A stretch of DNA of 64,000 nt, taken from Rickettsiales bacterium. Its GTDB lineage: Bacteria > Pseudomonadota > Alphaproteobacteria > Rickettsiales > UBA998. Shown piece by piece: positions 27,942 to 37,704 of this stretch; position 1 is the stretch's first letter; every line of letters starts with the position of its first letter. A model generated the notes under the pieces. That model worked only from the letters and a program-made list of their open reading frames with translations, had not been told where the DNA came from and did no database searches. The position numbers were made by a program, and so were the translations under genes. Location: assembly GCA_028279475.1 (NCBI GenBank), contig JANQNR010000013.1, forward strand, positions 19,524 through 83,523. Direction: 5' to 3'.

Positions 27942-29105
27942 TCAAGTTGGATTATCGTTTTTGGCGTTTTTATTACGCTTGACAGAATCTAAGTCACTGT
28001 ATTTGTTCCGTGAATCTAAAAACCCATACTCCATCACCGGCAGCATCCGCATGCTCTTCTCGCGAAATCCGGCAAAGCTCTCATAAATGCGCCGGTTGAT
28101 GCCCCCCACTTCACCACTACGATGCAGCACCTCTTCCGAAAGTTCAAACATAGCGCGCTGTACGTCGTCTGGATAACGGCCAATCGTCAGTGCATCTATT
28201 TTCTGCAATTCGGCAAAGGCCGTTACGTTATTCGCATAATATTCCGATGTCATCAGCATCGTCTCAGTTGCACAGGCAGCTTTAACAATACGTTTCAGCT
28301 CCGGCGTCAGCGACTCATAGGCCTTGCGGTTAATCATCAATTCCAGTGACGCGCCGCCTTCATGGAATCCCGGCCCGTAGTAATAGTTGGCAATCCGGTG
28401 GAATCCGAACGCCATGTCATTCCACGGCCCAACCCACTCCAGCGCATCGATTACCCCCTGCTGCATGGCGGTGTAGAGTTCGCCACCGGGAATCGTTTGG
28501 GGTGATGCACCCAGCCGGGTGACAATCTCTCCCGCCAATCCCGGCATGCGGATTTTGAGTCCTTTCATATCCTCCAGCGAATGAATCGGTCGGTTAAACC
28601 AGCCGCCCATCTGTGCTCCTGTATTCCCAGCCGGAAACGACACCAGCCCGAACTCGGCATAGAGCGCATGCATCAACTTCAACCCACCGCCATAATAGAA
28701 CCATGCGGTCTGTTCCTGCGCCGTCAGCCCCCCTGGCACTGCACAGAAGAAGGCAAAGGCGGGATTCTTGGCCAGCCAGTAATAGGGCGCGGCATGAGCC
28801 ATTTCGATCGATCCGTCAGCACAGGCATCGAACACACCCAGCGCCGGGGTTAACTCACCGGCACCATAAGGAGTCACTGTCAGTTGTCCCTCGGACATCA
28901 CGGTAATTCGCTCTGCCAGGCGGCTGGCTCCTACCCCCAATCCCGGCAGGGATTTAGGCCAAGTCATCGCCATGCGCCATTCCCGCTTACCGCTCAGCGC
29001 GGCGGGGGCTTTCGCAAGTGCATGAGTGGTTCCCATTCCGGCCAGTGCCGCTGCACCGGCGCCTGCCTTGAGAAACGCTCGACGGGAATGTGATGACTTT
29101 GTCAT
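27942..29105 (-). CDS. TRAP-type (DctP family) periplasmic solute-binding protein with Tat signal
   Basis: MTKSSHSRRAFLKAGAGAAALAG carries the twin-arginine motif SRRxFLK. The body resembles DctP-family binding proteins. Start taken at 29105, forming an ATGA overlap with the permease stop; the ORF track extends to 29168. Confidence 0.78.
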   Translation of the reverse strand: MTKSSHSRRAFLKAGAGAAALAGMGTTHALAKAPAALSGKREWRMAMTWPKSLPGLGVGASRLAERITVMSEGQLTVTPYGAGELTPALGVFDACADGSIEMAHAAPYYWLAKNPAFAFFCAVPGGLTAQEQTAWFYYGGGLKLMHALYAEFGLVSFPAGNTGAQMGGWFNRPIHSLEDMKGLKIRMPGLAGEIVTRLGASPQTIPGGELYTAMQQGVIDALEWVGPWNDMAFGFHRIANYYYGPGFHEGGASLELMINRKAYESLTPELKRIVKAACATETMLMTSEYYANNVTAFAELQKIDALTIGRYPDDVQRAMFELSEEVLHRSGEVGGINRRIYESFAGFREKSMRMLPVMEYGFLDSRNKYSDLDSVKRNKNAKNDNPT

Positions 29106-30985
29106 GGCAATACGCTCTCGACTCCATTTCCATACACCATCAGCGCATACACGGTATAGGTGATCCACACGATCACCATCAATGGAATCCCGGCTTTGAG
29201 ATAATCGCCAAAGGTATGATGCCCCGGCCCCATCACCAGCAGGTTGGTCTGGTATCCGATGGGCGACGCGAAGGAGCAGGTATTGCAGGCAAATAGCACC
29301 GCAAAAATAAACATTTCCGGCGGAACACCCAGCGTGATGGCCGTATTGACCGCGATTGGCGTAAACAGTAACGCCGTCGCATTATTACTCAGCACATTGG
29401 TCAACACCGCCATTAACACGAACAGCGCCGACATCACCCAGACCGCCCCCACGCCATCCATCGCGGCAATCAGCTCCTGTGCTAAAAACCCAGCACCACC
29501 AGTAATCTGTAATGCCCCGGCCATCGCCATCCCGGCAGTAACCAGCATAATAATTTGCGTATCCAACGAACGCAGCGCCTGCCTCGGCGTCAGGCACCCA
29601 GCGAAAATACAGGCCGTCGCCCCTATCAATGCGCCAATATAGACCGGCAGTACATTAAACGCCGCCAGTGCTACCACACCCATAAAAATCCCATTCGCAC
29701 GCCAGGCCAATTTCCGGGATGGCAGTTCACGGCGTGACCATTCCATCAGCATCATATCTTTATGACCCCGGATCGCCTCCAGATGGTCGCGCGTCCCCAT
29801 CACCAGCAGCACATCTCCCGCCGCCAGCCGACTCTCTGTCATCCGTGAGGTAATCATCCGGGAACGTCGCTGAATCCCCAGCACCGTACAATGATAATGA
29901 TGGTAAAATCCGATCTGCTCGATGCTCTGACCGATCATGCGGGAGGCCGGTGTAATCAATACTTCCGCCACACTGAGATTCTCTGCCTGTGCACTTTCTT
30001 CTTCTCCCAGATCGGCATTGAGGGTAGAAATGCGGCCGAACAGCTTCTTGTCCTTATGTGACGCTAGTTTGATGACGGATTCCTTCGTCACCGTCAGCAC
30101 CAGCACATCAAACGGCTTAATCGTCAGCTCTTCTTCAAACGGCGGCAAATAGGCATGCTCGCGCCGTTGTAACATCCGCACCGAATAGCCGGAAATATCC
30201 AGCAATTCCGGGTCGGTCACTGATTTACCAACAAGTTCGGACTTCACCGGGATTTCCAGTTGTACCACAAACTCCTTGGCCTCATCACCAATCACGTCAC
30301 TAGCCAGTGGCGCCCGATCCGGCAGCAGGCGCGGAAGGATGAGCAACACATAGACGAATCCAACGGCAGCAATGATGGTTCCCGGTACGATAAAGTCAAA
30401 CATCTGCAAGGGCTGCATCCCGATCGATTGCAGCGCACCGGAGACGATCAGGTTGGTGGAAGAACCGATCAGTACCATTGTCCCGCCCAGAATGGAGGCG
30501 TAGGATAAGGGAATCATTACCTTAGAGGCCGAAAGCTTCATCTCTTTGGCAATTGCCAGCAGGATCGGAATGAAGATCACCACCGCCGGCGTATTATTGA
30601 TGAAGGCGCTGAGCACTAGTACTACTAGTAGTGATACCGCAATGGCCAGCCGATAATAGGAACCGAACCAGCGAAAAATTAACTGCGTCACCCCCTCCAG
30701 CGACCCGGTATTGACGATCGCCTGCCCCAGCACCAATAACGCAAGCACTGCTACCAAAGCTGGGTTGGACAACCCTTCCAGGAACATTGCAGCATCGACA
30801 CGCGTCCCATCCGCGTGATGATAGGGAATCAGATGGAATAACCCGACAATGGTCACAAGCAATACTAGTGACACCGCTTCCAGCGGGAATTTGTCCGCAG
30901 CAAATACGACGATGGCCAATAAGATAATCGCCATCACCGCCCACATGTGGAACCCTGATGGCAGCGCTCCAATCAATACGTCCAT
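29102..30985 (-). CDS. DASS/SLC13-type (IT superfamily) permease with two central TrkA-C domains
   Basis: Hydrophobic halves with FINNTPAV and LSNNATALL hairpin motifs flank a ~200-aa soluble insert typical of TrkA-C pairs. Start 30985 has a GAGGTG SD; the alternative start is 31009. Confidence 0.82.
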   Translation of the reverse strand: MDVLIGALPSGFHMWAVMAIILLAIVVFAADKFPLEAVSLVLLVTIVGLFHLIPYHHADGTRVDAAMFLEGLSNPALVAVLALLVLGQAIVNTGSLEGVTQLIFRWFGSYYRLAIAVSLLVVLVLSAFINNTPAVVIFIPILLAIAKEMKLSASKVMIPLSYASILGGTMVLIGSSTNLIVSGALQSIGMQPLQMFDFIVPGTIIAAVGFVYVLLILPRLLPDRAPLASDVIGDEAKEFVVQLEIPVKSELVGKSVTDPELLDISGYSVRMLQRREHAYLPPFEEELTIKPFDVLVLTVTKESVIKLASHKDKKLFGRISTLNADLGEEESAQAENLSVAEVLITPASRMIGQSIEQIGFYHHYHCTVLGIQRRSRMITSRMTESRLAAGDVLLVMGTRDHLEAIRGHKDMMLMEWSRRELPSRKLAWRANGIFMGVVALAAFNVLPVYIGALIGATACIFAGCLTPRQALRSLDTQIIMLVTAGMAMAGALQITGGAGFLAQELIAAMDGVGAVWVMSALFVLMAVLTNVLSNNATALLFTPIAVNTAITLGVPPEMFIFAVLFACNTCSFASPIGYQTNLLVMGPGHHTFGDYLKAGIPLMVIVWITYTVYALMVYGNGVESVLP

Positions 30986-31093
30986 GCCCACCTCATCATT
31001 CACACCCATACCGATTTATTGCGATGATGTCACGAGGTAAAATAACCCATTCTTCCGACTGGATTTTTACGACATTGTGTTATAAAGTCGCTC

Positions 31094-31468
31094 TTGCCAG
31101 ATGGTCGGGTGATCGCACAGCGCCGCTGTGAGGAAAGTCCGGGCTCCATGGAACGCGGTGGCGGGTAACGCCCGCCGGGAGTGATCCCAGGGAAAGTGCC
31201 ACAGAAAATAAACTACCTATCTTTGGATGGGAAAAGGTGAAACGGTGCGGTAAGAGCGCACCGCGCGCCTGGTAACAGGCGTGGCAGGGTAAACCCCACC
31301 GGGAGCAAGACCAAATAGGGATGATTGCGCAGCTGCGCCGGTGGGTTCCGCACCGTCAGTCATCCGGGTAGGTCGCATGAGGGCATCCGTGAGGGTGCTC
31401 CCAGATGAATGATCACCTCCGCTTCTTTGCAAGCGAGACAGAACCCGGCTTACAGACCATCTGGCAAT
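31094..31468 (+). ncRNA. rnpB: RNase P RNA, bacterial type A
   Basis: P1 pairing gccagatggtc (31096-31106) with gaccatctggc (31455-31465). P4 strands GAGGAAAGTCCGGGCTCC (from 31130) and ACAGAACCCGGCTTAC (31438-31453). GGTAACGCC and AGTGCCACAGAAA conserved blocks. Confidence 0.88.
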
Positions 31469-31486
31469 ATATTATTCTTACGAGCC

Positions 31487-32386
31487 TTACGAAGGATATG
31501 GGAAGGCTGTTTCGACACCGAAATAAAACCATTCCGCGCCAATAGCATGGTCGGTTTCCGTTTTCGGCAGCACAATGACACCGTCCTGCGTGGCGGTAAT
31601 CTCCTCTCCGTCTTCATAGCGAGCGATCACCTCGCCTTGACGTACCGGCTGCGCATGCCGCCATGGCTGCGCCAGAACACCCGGTTTTTCCTGATAGAAC
31701 ACCTGTTCCATACGGATACAATGTTGTGTATTGACGTCATAGGCCGGGGTCGGATCATCGGAAATCATATCGAAATGCGCCAGCGCCCGAAGAATGCCCT
31801 GATACCCGATCAATGGCGCATCCGCATTGTGATGATGCCCGCACTCGAGTGTCACAGCGATACCGCTACGCTCATTCATGCGTGTGTAATCCGTTGTACC
31901 AATAGCGGCGCGGCGCTGCTCTTCCGTGTCCGCTTTACCGAACGCTTCCGCCCAGCCATAAACATAGGTGTCTACGCCGAGCGCGCGAGCAAAGTCGATT
32001 TCTTCGTAGGAGGTGTTTCCAAGAAAACAAAACGCGTCGCCTTGCGACTGGTAGGAATGCAGATCCAGTAACGCATCGGCATGATCCAGCAAACCGCAAA
32101 GCACACCATCCAGACTGTCTTCATAGTTTTGGTGCGTCTCTTTAGGATAAAAATGCCGGTTTAGATTGCGGTCAATGAACCGCTGATTGGCCATATATGC
32201 GCCCGGATTGCAGATAGGTACGAACGTCACGGTTCCGTTATGAAGTACGATTTCCTTAGACTGAAGCGCACGCACTGCCTGTGAAATGGCCTCTGGACCA
32301 CAATGCTCATTGCCATGGATGGCGCCAAAAACGACCAGATGTTTTCCGGGGCGGGTTGAATGGAAGGTGATTTGCTCAATGGTCAT
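31487..32386 (-). CDS. succinylglutamate desuccinylase/aspartoacylase-family zinc hydrolase
   Basis: 299 aa. HLVVFGAIHGNEHCGPEA (HxxE zinc motif of the AstE/AspA M14-like family), later LDLHS. Confidence 0.75.
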   Translation of the reverse strand: MTIEQITFHSTRPGKHLVVFGAIHGNEHCGPEAISQAVRALQSKEIVLHNGTVTFVPICNPGAYMANQRFIDRNLNRHFYPKETHQNYEDSLDGVLCGLLDHADALLDLHSYQSQGDAFCFLGNTSYEEIDFARALGVDTYVYGWAEAFGKADTEEQRRAAIGTTDYTRMNERSGIAVTLECGHHHNADAPLIGYQGILRALAHFDMISDDPTPAYDVNTQHCIRMEQVFYQEKPGVLAQPWRHAQPVRQGEVIARYEDGEEITATQDGVIVLPKTETDHAIGAEWFYFGVETAFPYPS

Positions 32387-32408
32387 AATGATCTCGTGCG
32401 ATTTGACT

Positions 32409-32578
32409 CGTCACTCCGGCGACTTGTCTCGCCAAAGCGCAGCGGCGGCGGAAGGCCGGAGTCCAGTAAAAGAAAACATCAAATAACATTTTCTGACGTC
32501 TATTGTCTTCCTGACAATAGACTATTCCTGGATTCCGTCGCCTCGTGGCCTTCTGGCCACTCGCGTGTCGGAATGACA
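32409..32578. repeat. composite REP/MITE-like element
   Basis: Unit cgtcactccgg...ccggagtccag (32409-32466), central perfect 10-bp hairpin gtctattgtc/gacaatagac (32498-32522), inverted unit tggattccg...cggaatgaca (32529-32578). Confidence 0.65.
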
Positions 32579-32594
32579 AAGTTAAAACCATAGA

Positions 32595-33353
32595 TTATCC
32601 CCTTGTAAATATATAATGATTTTCGTTGGATAACGATGATGCATATTGATACCCGGCGCTATCGAAATCTTTCAATGCTTCCGGTTCGTTCAACCGGTGG
32701 CGAATGACGTAATCCACCATCATGCCGCGCGCTTTTTTGGCATGAATACCGATGATCTTATAGTCGTCGCCCTTACGTTCTTTAAAGTCTACGGTCAGGA
32801 AACGACCAGATAATGTGTTGGATCGAATAGCTTTACTATATTCACTAGAAGCGAGATTGATGACCACTTCGCCCTCGGGATCCTGATTCAGTGCTTCTGT
32901 AATCGTATCGCCCCAGAAATCATACAACGTATTTCCGGCATCCGTGTGAAGCTTCGTACCCATTTCCAACCGATATGGGTAGAGATAGTCAAGTGGCCAA
33001 AGCAGTCCATACAGTCCTGAAAGAATACGCAGATGGCACTGCGCAAAAGCCAGCGCGTCGTCATCATAGTCTGCTACACCAATTGGAACGTACACATCGC
33101 CTTTGAAGGAAAACAGTGCCGGTTTGGCATTGCCGTCATCCAGTGGCATGGAAAAGTCACGATAGCGCGCAACATTGAGCGTGGCGAGCTTGTCACTGAT
33201 CCCCATCAACTCGCCCAGCTGTTCGGGGGTATAGTCACGCAATACCGAAACCAGTGTCTCCGCCTCACGGAGAAATCGTGGCTGTGTTGCCGCAACTGAC
33301 CGTGTCATGTTAGATTCATCCAGCGTTTTGGCAGGAGAGATAAGAAGTAGCAT
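32595..33353 (-). CDS. yaaA: peroxide stress protein YaaA (DUF328)
   Basis: MLLLISPAKTLDES... is the canonical YaaA N-terminus. Start set at 33353; the ORF track start at 33440 would overlap the upstream gene. Confidence 0.85.
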   Translation of the reverse strand: MLLLISPAKTLDESNMTRSVAATQPRFLREAETLVSVLRDYTPEQLGELMGISDKLATLNVARYRDFSMPLDDGNAKPALFSFKGDVYVPIGVADYDDDALAFAQCHLRILSGLYGLLWPLDYLYPYRLEMGTKLHTDAGNTLYDFWGDTITEALNQDPEGEVVINLASSEYSKAIRSNTLSGRFLTVDFKERKGDDYKIIGIHAKKARGMMVDYVIRHRLNEPEALKDFDSAGYQYASSLSNENHYIFTRG

Positions 33354-33363
33354 GGCGTGTGAG

Positions 33364-34464
33364 TTACTCCGTTTCCGGCATGCGGGCAACATATTGCACG
33401 ATCTGGTAATCCGGGTAGAGATTGACCAGGTCATTAGCAATTAACTCCAGTCCAGCCTGTTGTATATAGTGTCGGACATACCCATCACTATGGCCGAAGC
33501 GCCCCAGACCGGGAATTAGTCCGAAACGGCCTTCCTCGCCGAAACGCTCCACCTGAAACACGAACACACCACCCGGTCTGAGGCCTCGTGCCGCACCGGC
33601 AATTACCTGAGAGATGTCACCAACATAATTGAATACATGGGCGGCAACGATGGCGTCAAATTGTGGCTTGCGAAGATCCATCACGTAATGTCGGATGTCC
33701 TGATAGACGGCTTCAGTATAAACGCGCCGATTGTCGGGGCGACGCTTATATTTGGCAAGATCGAGCATCTCATGACAGAAATCGACACCAGTAATCTCCT
33801 CCGCATGCTCAGCCAGCAGCACGCCGCACAGGCCGCTACCACATCCAAGTTCCAGCACCGTGTAATTCGTGCGTCGCCGGTCCAGCGCATCCCAGACGGC
33901 TTCATCGGCGAGTAGATGCCCCCGATAACCGGAATCCAGCTGCGCTGTTTCATACCCGTCAGCGCGTGAGGAAAAATAATCATGCGCAATGCGCGCCGGC
34001 ATGGTGGTTGGTTGTTGCTCCGGCGGCAAGGCGTCCGGTTTGAGTGTGCACAGCATGAACACGGCCTCTTCATCCTGCGGATTCAATTGCACGGCCTTTC
34101 GCAACGGTGCCAGCGCCTTGTCCATTTCGCCCAGCGACAGATAGCAGCAACCCAGCAAATAATGCGCCTGCTGATGGTTCGGTGCCAACCAAAGCGTTAT
34201 TCTCAAGCGCAAGATAGCGTCGGTATAATGGCCAGCTTCCGTCATACGCTGTCCAATCACAAAATTGGTTTCCGGAATGTGCTGCATTTTGTAGAGCAAC
34301 TCATCGATCCAGCGCGCCGGCGCATCGAGAAACGAGAACAGACCATTGGTCATTCGGGCAAGGAGTCCCTGCTTTTCCGGCGTATGGGTTTCCTGAAACG
34401 TCGCGGTATCCTGAGAAATCGGCGTAGGGTGTTCCTGTGTCATAAGCGTGGCTCCCCTCATCAT
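33364..34464 (-). CDS. TPR-repeat plus class I SAM-dependent methyltransferase fusion
   Basis: 366 aa. N-terminal TPR-like helices (AHYLLGCCYLSLGEMDKALAPLRKAVQLNP), C-terminal VLELGCGSGLCG motif I. Confidence 0.72.
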   Translation of the reverse strand: MMRGATLMTQEHPTPISQDTATFQETHTPEKQGLLARMTNGLFSFLDAPARWIDELLYKMQHIPETNFVIGQRMTEAGHYTDAILRLRITLWLAPNHQQAHYLLGCCYLSLGEMDKALAPLRKAVQLNPQDEEAVFMLCTLKPDALPPEQQPTTMPARIAHDYFSSRADGYETAQLDSGYRGHLLADEAVWDALDRRRTNYTVLELGCGSGLCGVLLAEHAEEITGVDFCHEMLDLAKYKRRPDNRRVYTEAVYQDIRHYVMDLRKPQFDAIVAAHVFNYVGDISQVIAGAARGLRPGGVFVFQVERFGEEGRFGLIPGLGRFGHSDGYVRHYIQQAGLELIANDLVNLYPDYQIVQYVARMPETE

Positions 34465-34526
34465 TAGGGTTGCAATCCTGATAGGTTACGATAGCATCTT
34501 ACCATTCTAGCGGATTAGAGGACAGG

Positions 34527-35294
34527 ATGCAAAATAATCAGCAGCAAGGCACGTTTGAAGGCGCTTCGAGTGTTGATCATGACGAAATTGCCAAGTTCAG
34601 TGCAATGGCGGATGCATGGTGGGATCCGAATGGTGCGTTTAAACCGTTGCATGCCATTACACCGCTGCGCATTGACTACATACGCCGTCATGCCTGTGCT
34701 CATTTTAACCGCGATGCTGCCATGCCTACGCCATTGGCGGGGTTGACCGTGTTGGACATTGGCTGCGGGGGCGGACTGGCATCAGAGCCGATGGCGCGAT
34801 TGGGTGCACAAGTGAAGGGAATTGATGCTTCAGGGAAAAATATTGCCATCGCTTCATCACATGCGCAGCAACAGGCACTCGCAATTGATTACCAGAATAC
34901 GACGGCGGAGGAAGTTGCCGCAACCGGCCAGACCTATGATCTGGTCATTGCGCTGGAAATTATTGAACATGTCGCTGACGTTCACCTGTTTCTGGAAACG
35001 CTGGCGTCACTGACGGCTCCGGGGGGGATGCTGGTCATCACCACGTTGAATCGGACGTTAAAATCGCTTCTGATGGCAAAAATCGGGGCTGAGTATGTCT
35101 TACGCTGGCTCCCTATCGGCACCCATGACTGGCACAAATTTCTGCGCCCTTCGGAAATTATCTTACCACTACAACAGCACGGCATGGTGCAACGTGATCT
35201 CAGCGGCATGGTCTACCACCCGCTCACCCGTGACTGGTCACTGGACGCGGACGATATCAGTGTGAATTATCTGGTCTGCCTGACGCGCCCGTGA
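34527..35294 (+). CDS. ubiG: ubiquinone biosynthesis O-methyltransferase UbiG
   Basis: 255 aa. EIAKFSAMADAWWDPNGAFKPLH, VLDIGCGGGLASEPMARLGA and DLVIALEIIEHV are the typical UbiG pattern. Confidence 0.9.
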   Translation: MQNNQQQGTFEGASSVDHDEIAKFSAMADAWWDPNGAFKPLHAITPLRIDYIRRHACAHFNRDAAMPTPLAGLTVLDIGCGGGLASEPMARLGAQVKGIDASGKNIAIASSHAQQQALAIDYQNTTAEEVAATGQTYDLVIALEIIEHVADVHLFLETLASLTAPGGMLVITTLNRTLKSLLMAKIGAEYVLRWLPIGTHDWHKFLRPSEIILPLQQHGMVQRDLSGMVYHPLTRDWSLDADDISVNYLVCLTRP

Positions 35295-36052
35295 GCGAAT
35301 GGCTGCTTTTATTGCTGGCTAGCGGGTTTGCCGGGGCATTAAATGCAGTGGCAGGTGGTGGCAAGCTCTTCGTCTTTCCTGCATTATTGTTCGCCGGCGT
35401 GCCACCGATCGCCGCCAATGCACTCTGTACCATCGTGCTGTGGCCCGCAGCGTTGGCCAGTATTGCCGGGTACCGCGCGCAGCTTGCATGTTCCATCAAA
35501 ACACTGGGATGGATGCTACCAATCGCGGTCATTGGCGGTTGGCTGGGCGCAGAATGGTTGCTGTCAATACAGGAGAAGACCTTTACGCAGATGATCCCTT
35601 GGCTATTACTAGCCGCGACATGTATGTTTCAATTCGGAAAGCGTATCACTGCACGCATTGCCTCACGTTTTGAACACCATCAGGGCTACAGTATGGCACG
35701 TACCGGATTGGCGGCATCCCTTCTATTCGCAACGGCAGTGTATGGCGGGTTTTTCGGTGCCGGTATCGGGATTCTCATATTGGCGATATTGTATATTTTC
35801 GATATGGAAGACATACACCAGATGAACGCACTAAAAACCGTAATGACGTCGGGTATTCATGTGGCCGCATTGATTACATTTGTTGCCTCGGGCATTATAG
35901 TGTGGGAATACGCATTCGCAATGATTCCAGCAGCGATACTAGGTGGGTATGCCGGTGCGCGCCTGGCACTGCGAACGCCTGTGCAATACGTGCGCCGGTT
36001 TGTATTGACCATTGCCTGGGGCTCTACTTGTTATTTTTTCTACACTCTTTAA
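35291..36052 (+). CDS. TauE/SafE-family (DUF81) anion exporter
   Basis: 253 aa. Polytopic, with two GG-containing repeats (GALNAVAGGG and VYGGFFGAGIG). GTG start overlaps the ubiG stop. Confidence 0.78.
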   Translation: MSEWLLLLLASGFAGALNAVAGGGKLFVFPALLFAGVPPIAANALCTIVLWPAALASIAGYRAQLACSIKTLGWMLPIAVIGGWLGAEWLLSIQEKTFTQMIPWLLLAATCMFQFGKRITARIASRFEHHQGYSMARTGLAASLLFATAVYGGFFGAGIGILILAILYIFDMEDIHQMNALKTVMTSGIHVAALITFVASGIIVWEYAFAMIPAAILGGYAGARLALRTPVQYVRRFVLTIAWGSTCYFFYTL

Positions 36053-36858
36053 TCAGCAAACAGAAAATGCAGGGCGCATTGTACTGACTCATCGGTCAAT
36101 TTGTAGCTGGCATCCAGGTCAGTTTGCGCATGTCCGCCATCGTTAGCGGCAGAACAAGCATCATCCCAGTATTTTGCCCTGACCACCCCATAGGCCGGAT
36201 GGCCATCATCAATTTTCTTATCGATATTCCAGGCGTCCTCCGGCTTTAAGGCCGGATCATCCGTATCATGGTCACTGCTATCGTCTCTACCAAATTCAAA
36301 ATGATGGCGTCCGTAATCACCGGCATAGTCTTCACCGCTACCGCCATAGCCATTACCAAAATTGTCAATACCCCAGCCCGTACCGAGGATGGCGGACGCC
36401 GGTACATTTTCACCGATGACATCGTCACTGACTGCCTGAGAACCAGCAATGCCGGTAAAGCTTCCTTCAATCATGCCGGCATTAGCCAGATGCTGCCAGA
36501 ACATGTGCCCTTCACTTTCTTCGGCAGCATTAGCAGCGTCTTTGGTAATGGTGCCATTCCCGTCACCGTTACAGGTGCCAGGGGTTCCATTGGGAATACC
36601 GGCATCGGAACAATGAGTTGTATTATCACCCCAATAAGTCGTCGCGTCCGTCATGTCGCCAGGCCAGGCAAAATATTTTTCCTTGAAATTATGGGTAGCA
36701 GCTTTGTAGTTCGTGTATTCCGTCACGACCGACCGCAACTCTGAAGCATGAATCAATGCCTGCCCGGCCATAATGCCTCCCACAATCAAAGCGATAATGG
36801 CAAGCACAACAGACAGCTCCACCAATGTGAAACCCTTAGAAGCATGTAAAGCGCGCAT
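36049..36858 (-). CDS. orphan type IV pilin / pseudopilin-like protein (prepilin N-terminal methylation motif)
   Basis: MRALHASKG/FTLVELSVVLAIIALIVGG is the class III signal peptide with G-1 and E+5. The C-terminal part is rich in Asp, Gly and Trp. The 3' end overlaps the tauE-like gene by 4 nt (convergent). Confidence 0.75.
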   Translation of the reverse strand: MRALHASKGFTLVELSVVLAIIALIVGGIMAGQALIHASELRSVVTEYTNYKAATHNFKEKYFAWPGDMTDATTYWGDNTTHCSDAGIPNGTPGTCNGDGNGTITKDAANAAEESEGHMFWQHLANAGMIEGSFTGIAGSQAVSDDVIGENVPASAILGTGWGIDNFGNGYGGSGEDYAGDYGRHHFEFGRDDSSDHDTDDPALKPEDAWNIDKKIDDGHPAYGVVRAKYWDDACSAANDGGHAQTDLDASYKLTDESVQCALHFLFAD

Positions 36859-36923
36859 AAAATTATTTTACTGATTTTTTAGTTAATTTCTTGTTAATGC
36901 AAGCCTATGTTCTTTAGAAAGGC

Positions 36924-37640
36924 ATGATGATGAGCTTGTATCCCCCTTCAATCATTCTGGTTCGCCCGCAAATGGGCGAGAATATTGGCGCGACAGCACG
37001 TGCCATGATGAATTTCGGATTGCATGATTTGCGGTTGGTAGCGCCTCGTGACGGATGGCCGAACCCCAAGGCTCATGAAATGGCGGCACGTGCCAAGCCG
37101 ATCATTACGGGGGCGCGGTTATTTCCTACATTAGCGGAAGCGCTCTCGGATTGCCATCAAGCTTATGCCGTATCCGCCAGAATACGGGAGATGACAATGC
37201 CTTGTTATGTTCCGGCACAAATGCAGGAACTGCCGTTATCAAAACCGATAGCACTGGTCTTTGGTCCGGAAAATAACGGGTTGAGCAATGATGATGTGGC
37301 ATTATGTCATGGGCTGATTACGATTCCCACCGCACCAGAGAACCCGTCACTGAATCTGGCGCAAAGTGTGGTGATACTGGCCTATGCATGGTTTCAGACG
37401 ACTCGGGCAATCGATATGCCGGTCAACGGTGTTTCGGACAGGCAGGCGTCCATTGGCGAGGTAGAGGCGCTGCATGAGGCACTGGCGGCACAACTGACCG
37501 CATCCAATTTTTTTAGTGCACCGCAGAAAGAAGCACTTATGCGGCGGAATGTCCGACAGATGCTGACTCGTATGCCATTGACCTCTCAGGATGTGCAGTC
37601 ATTGCACGGAATGTTACGAATACTGACCGCAGGATCGTAA
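36924..37640 (+). CDS. SpoU/TrmH-family RNA 2'-O-methyltransferase (TrmJ-like)
   Basis: 238 aa. ILVRPQMGENIGATARAMMNFG, ALVFGPENNGLSNDD and IPT...SLNLAQSV (SPOUT motifs). Confidence 0.8.
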   Translation: MMMSLYPPSIILVRPQMGENIGATARAMMNFGLHDLRLVAPRDGWPNPKAHEMAARAKPIITGARLFPTLAEALSDCHQAYAVSARIREMTMPCYVPAQMQELPLSKPIALVFGPENNGLSNDDVALCHGLITIPTAPENPSLNLAQSVVILAYAWFQTTRAIDMPVNGVSDRQASIGEVEALHEALAAQLTASNFFSAPQKEALMRRNVRQMLTRMPLTSQDVQSLHGMLRILTAGS

Positions 37641-37704
37641 TAAAACTGTCATCCGAAATCATAGTAAAAACAAGTATAATAGGGGAAAATTATAAGTATT
37701 AGTA

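Noticed and set aside
31217-32071. ORFs 31217-31432 (-) and 31409-32071 (+) overlapping rnpB and the AstE/AspA-like gene
   Set aside because: The region 31094-31468 has the full set of RNase P RNA conserved blocks. The long plus-strand ORF is antisense to a motif-bearing hydrolase gene.
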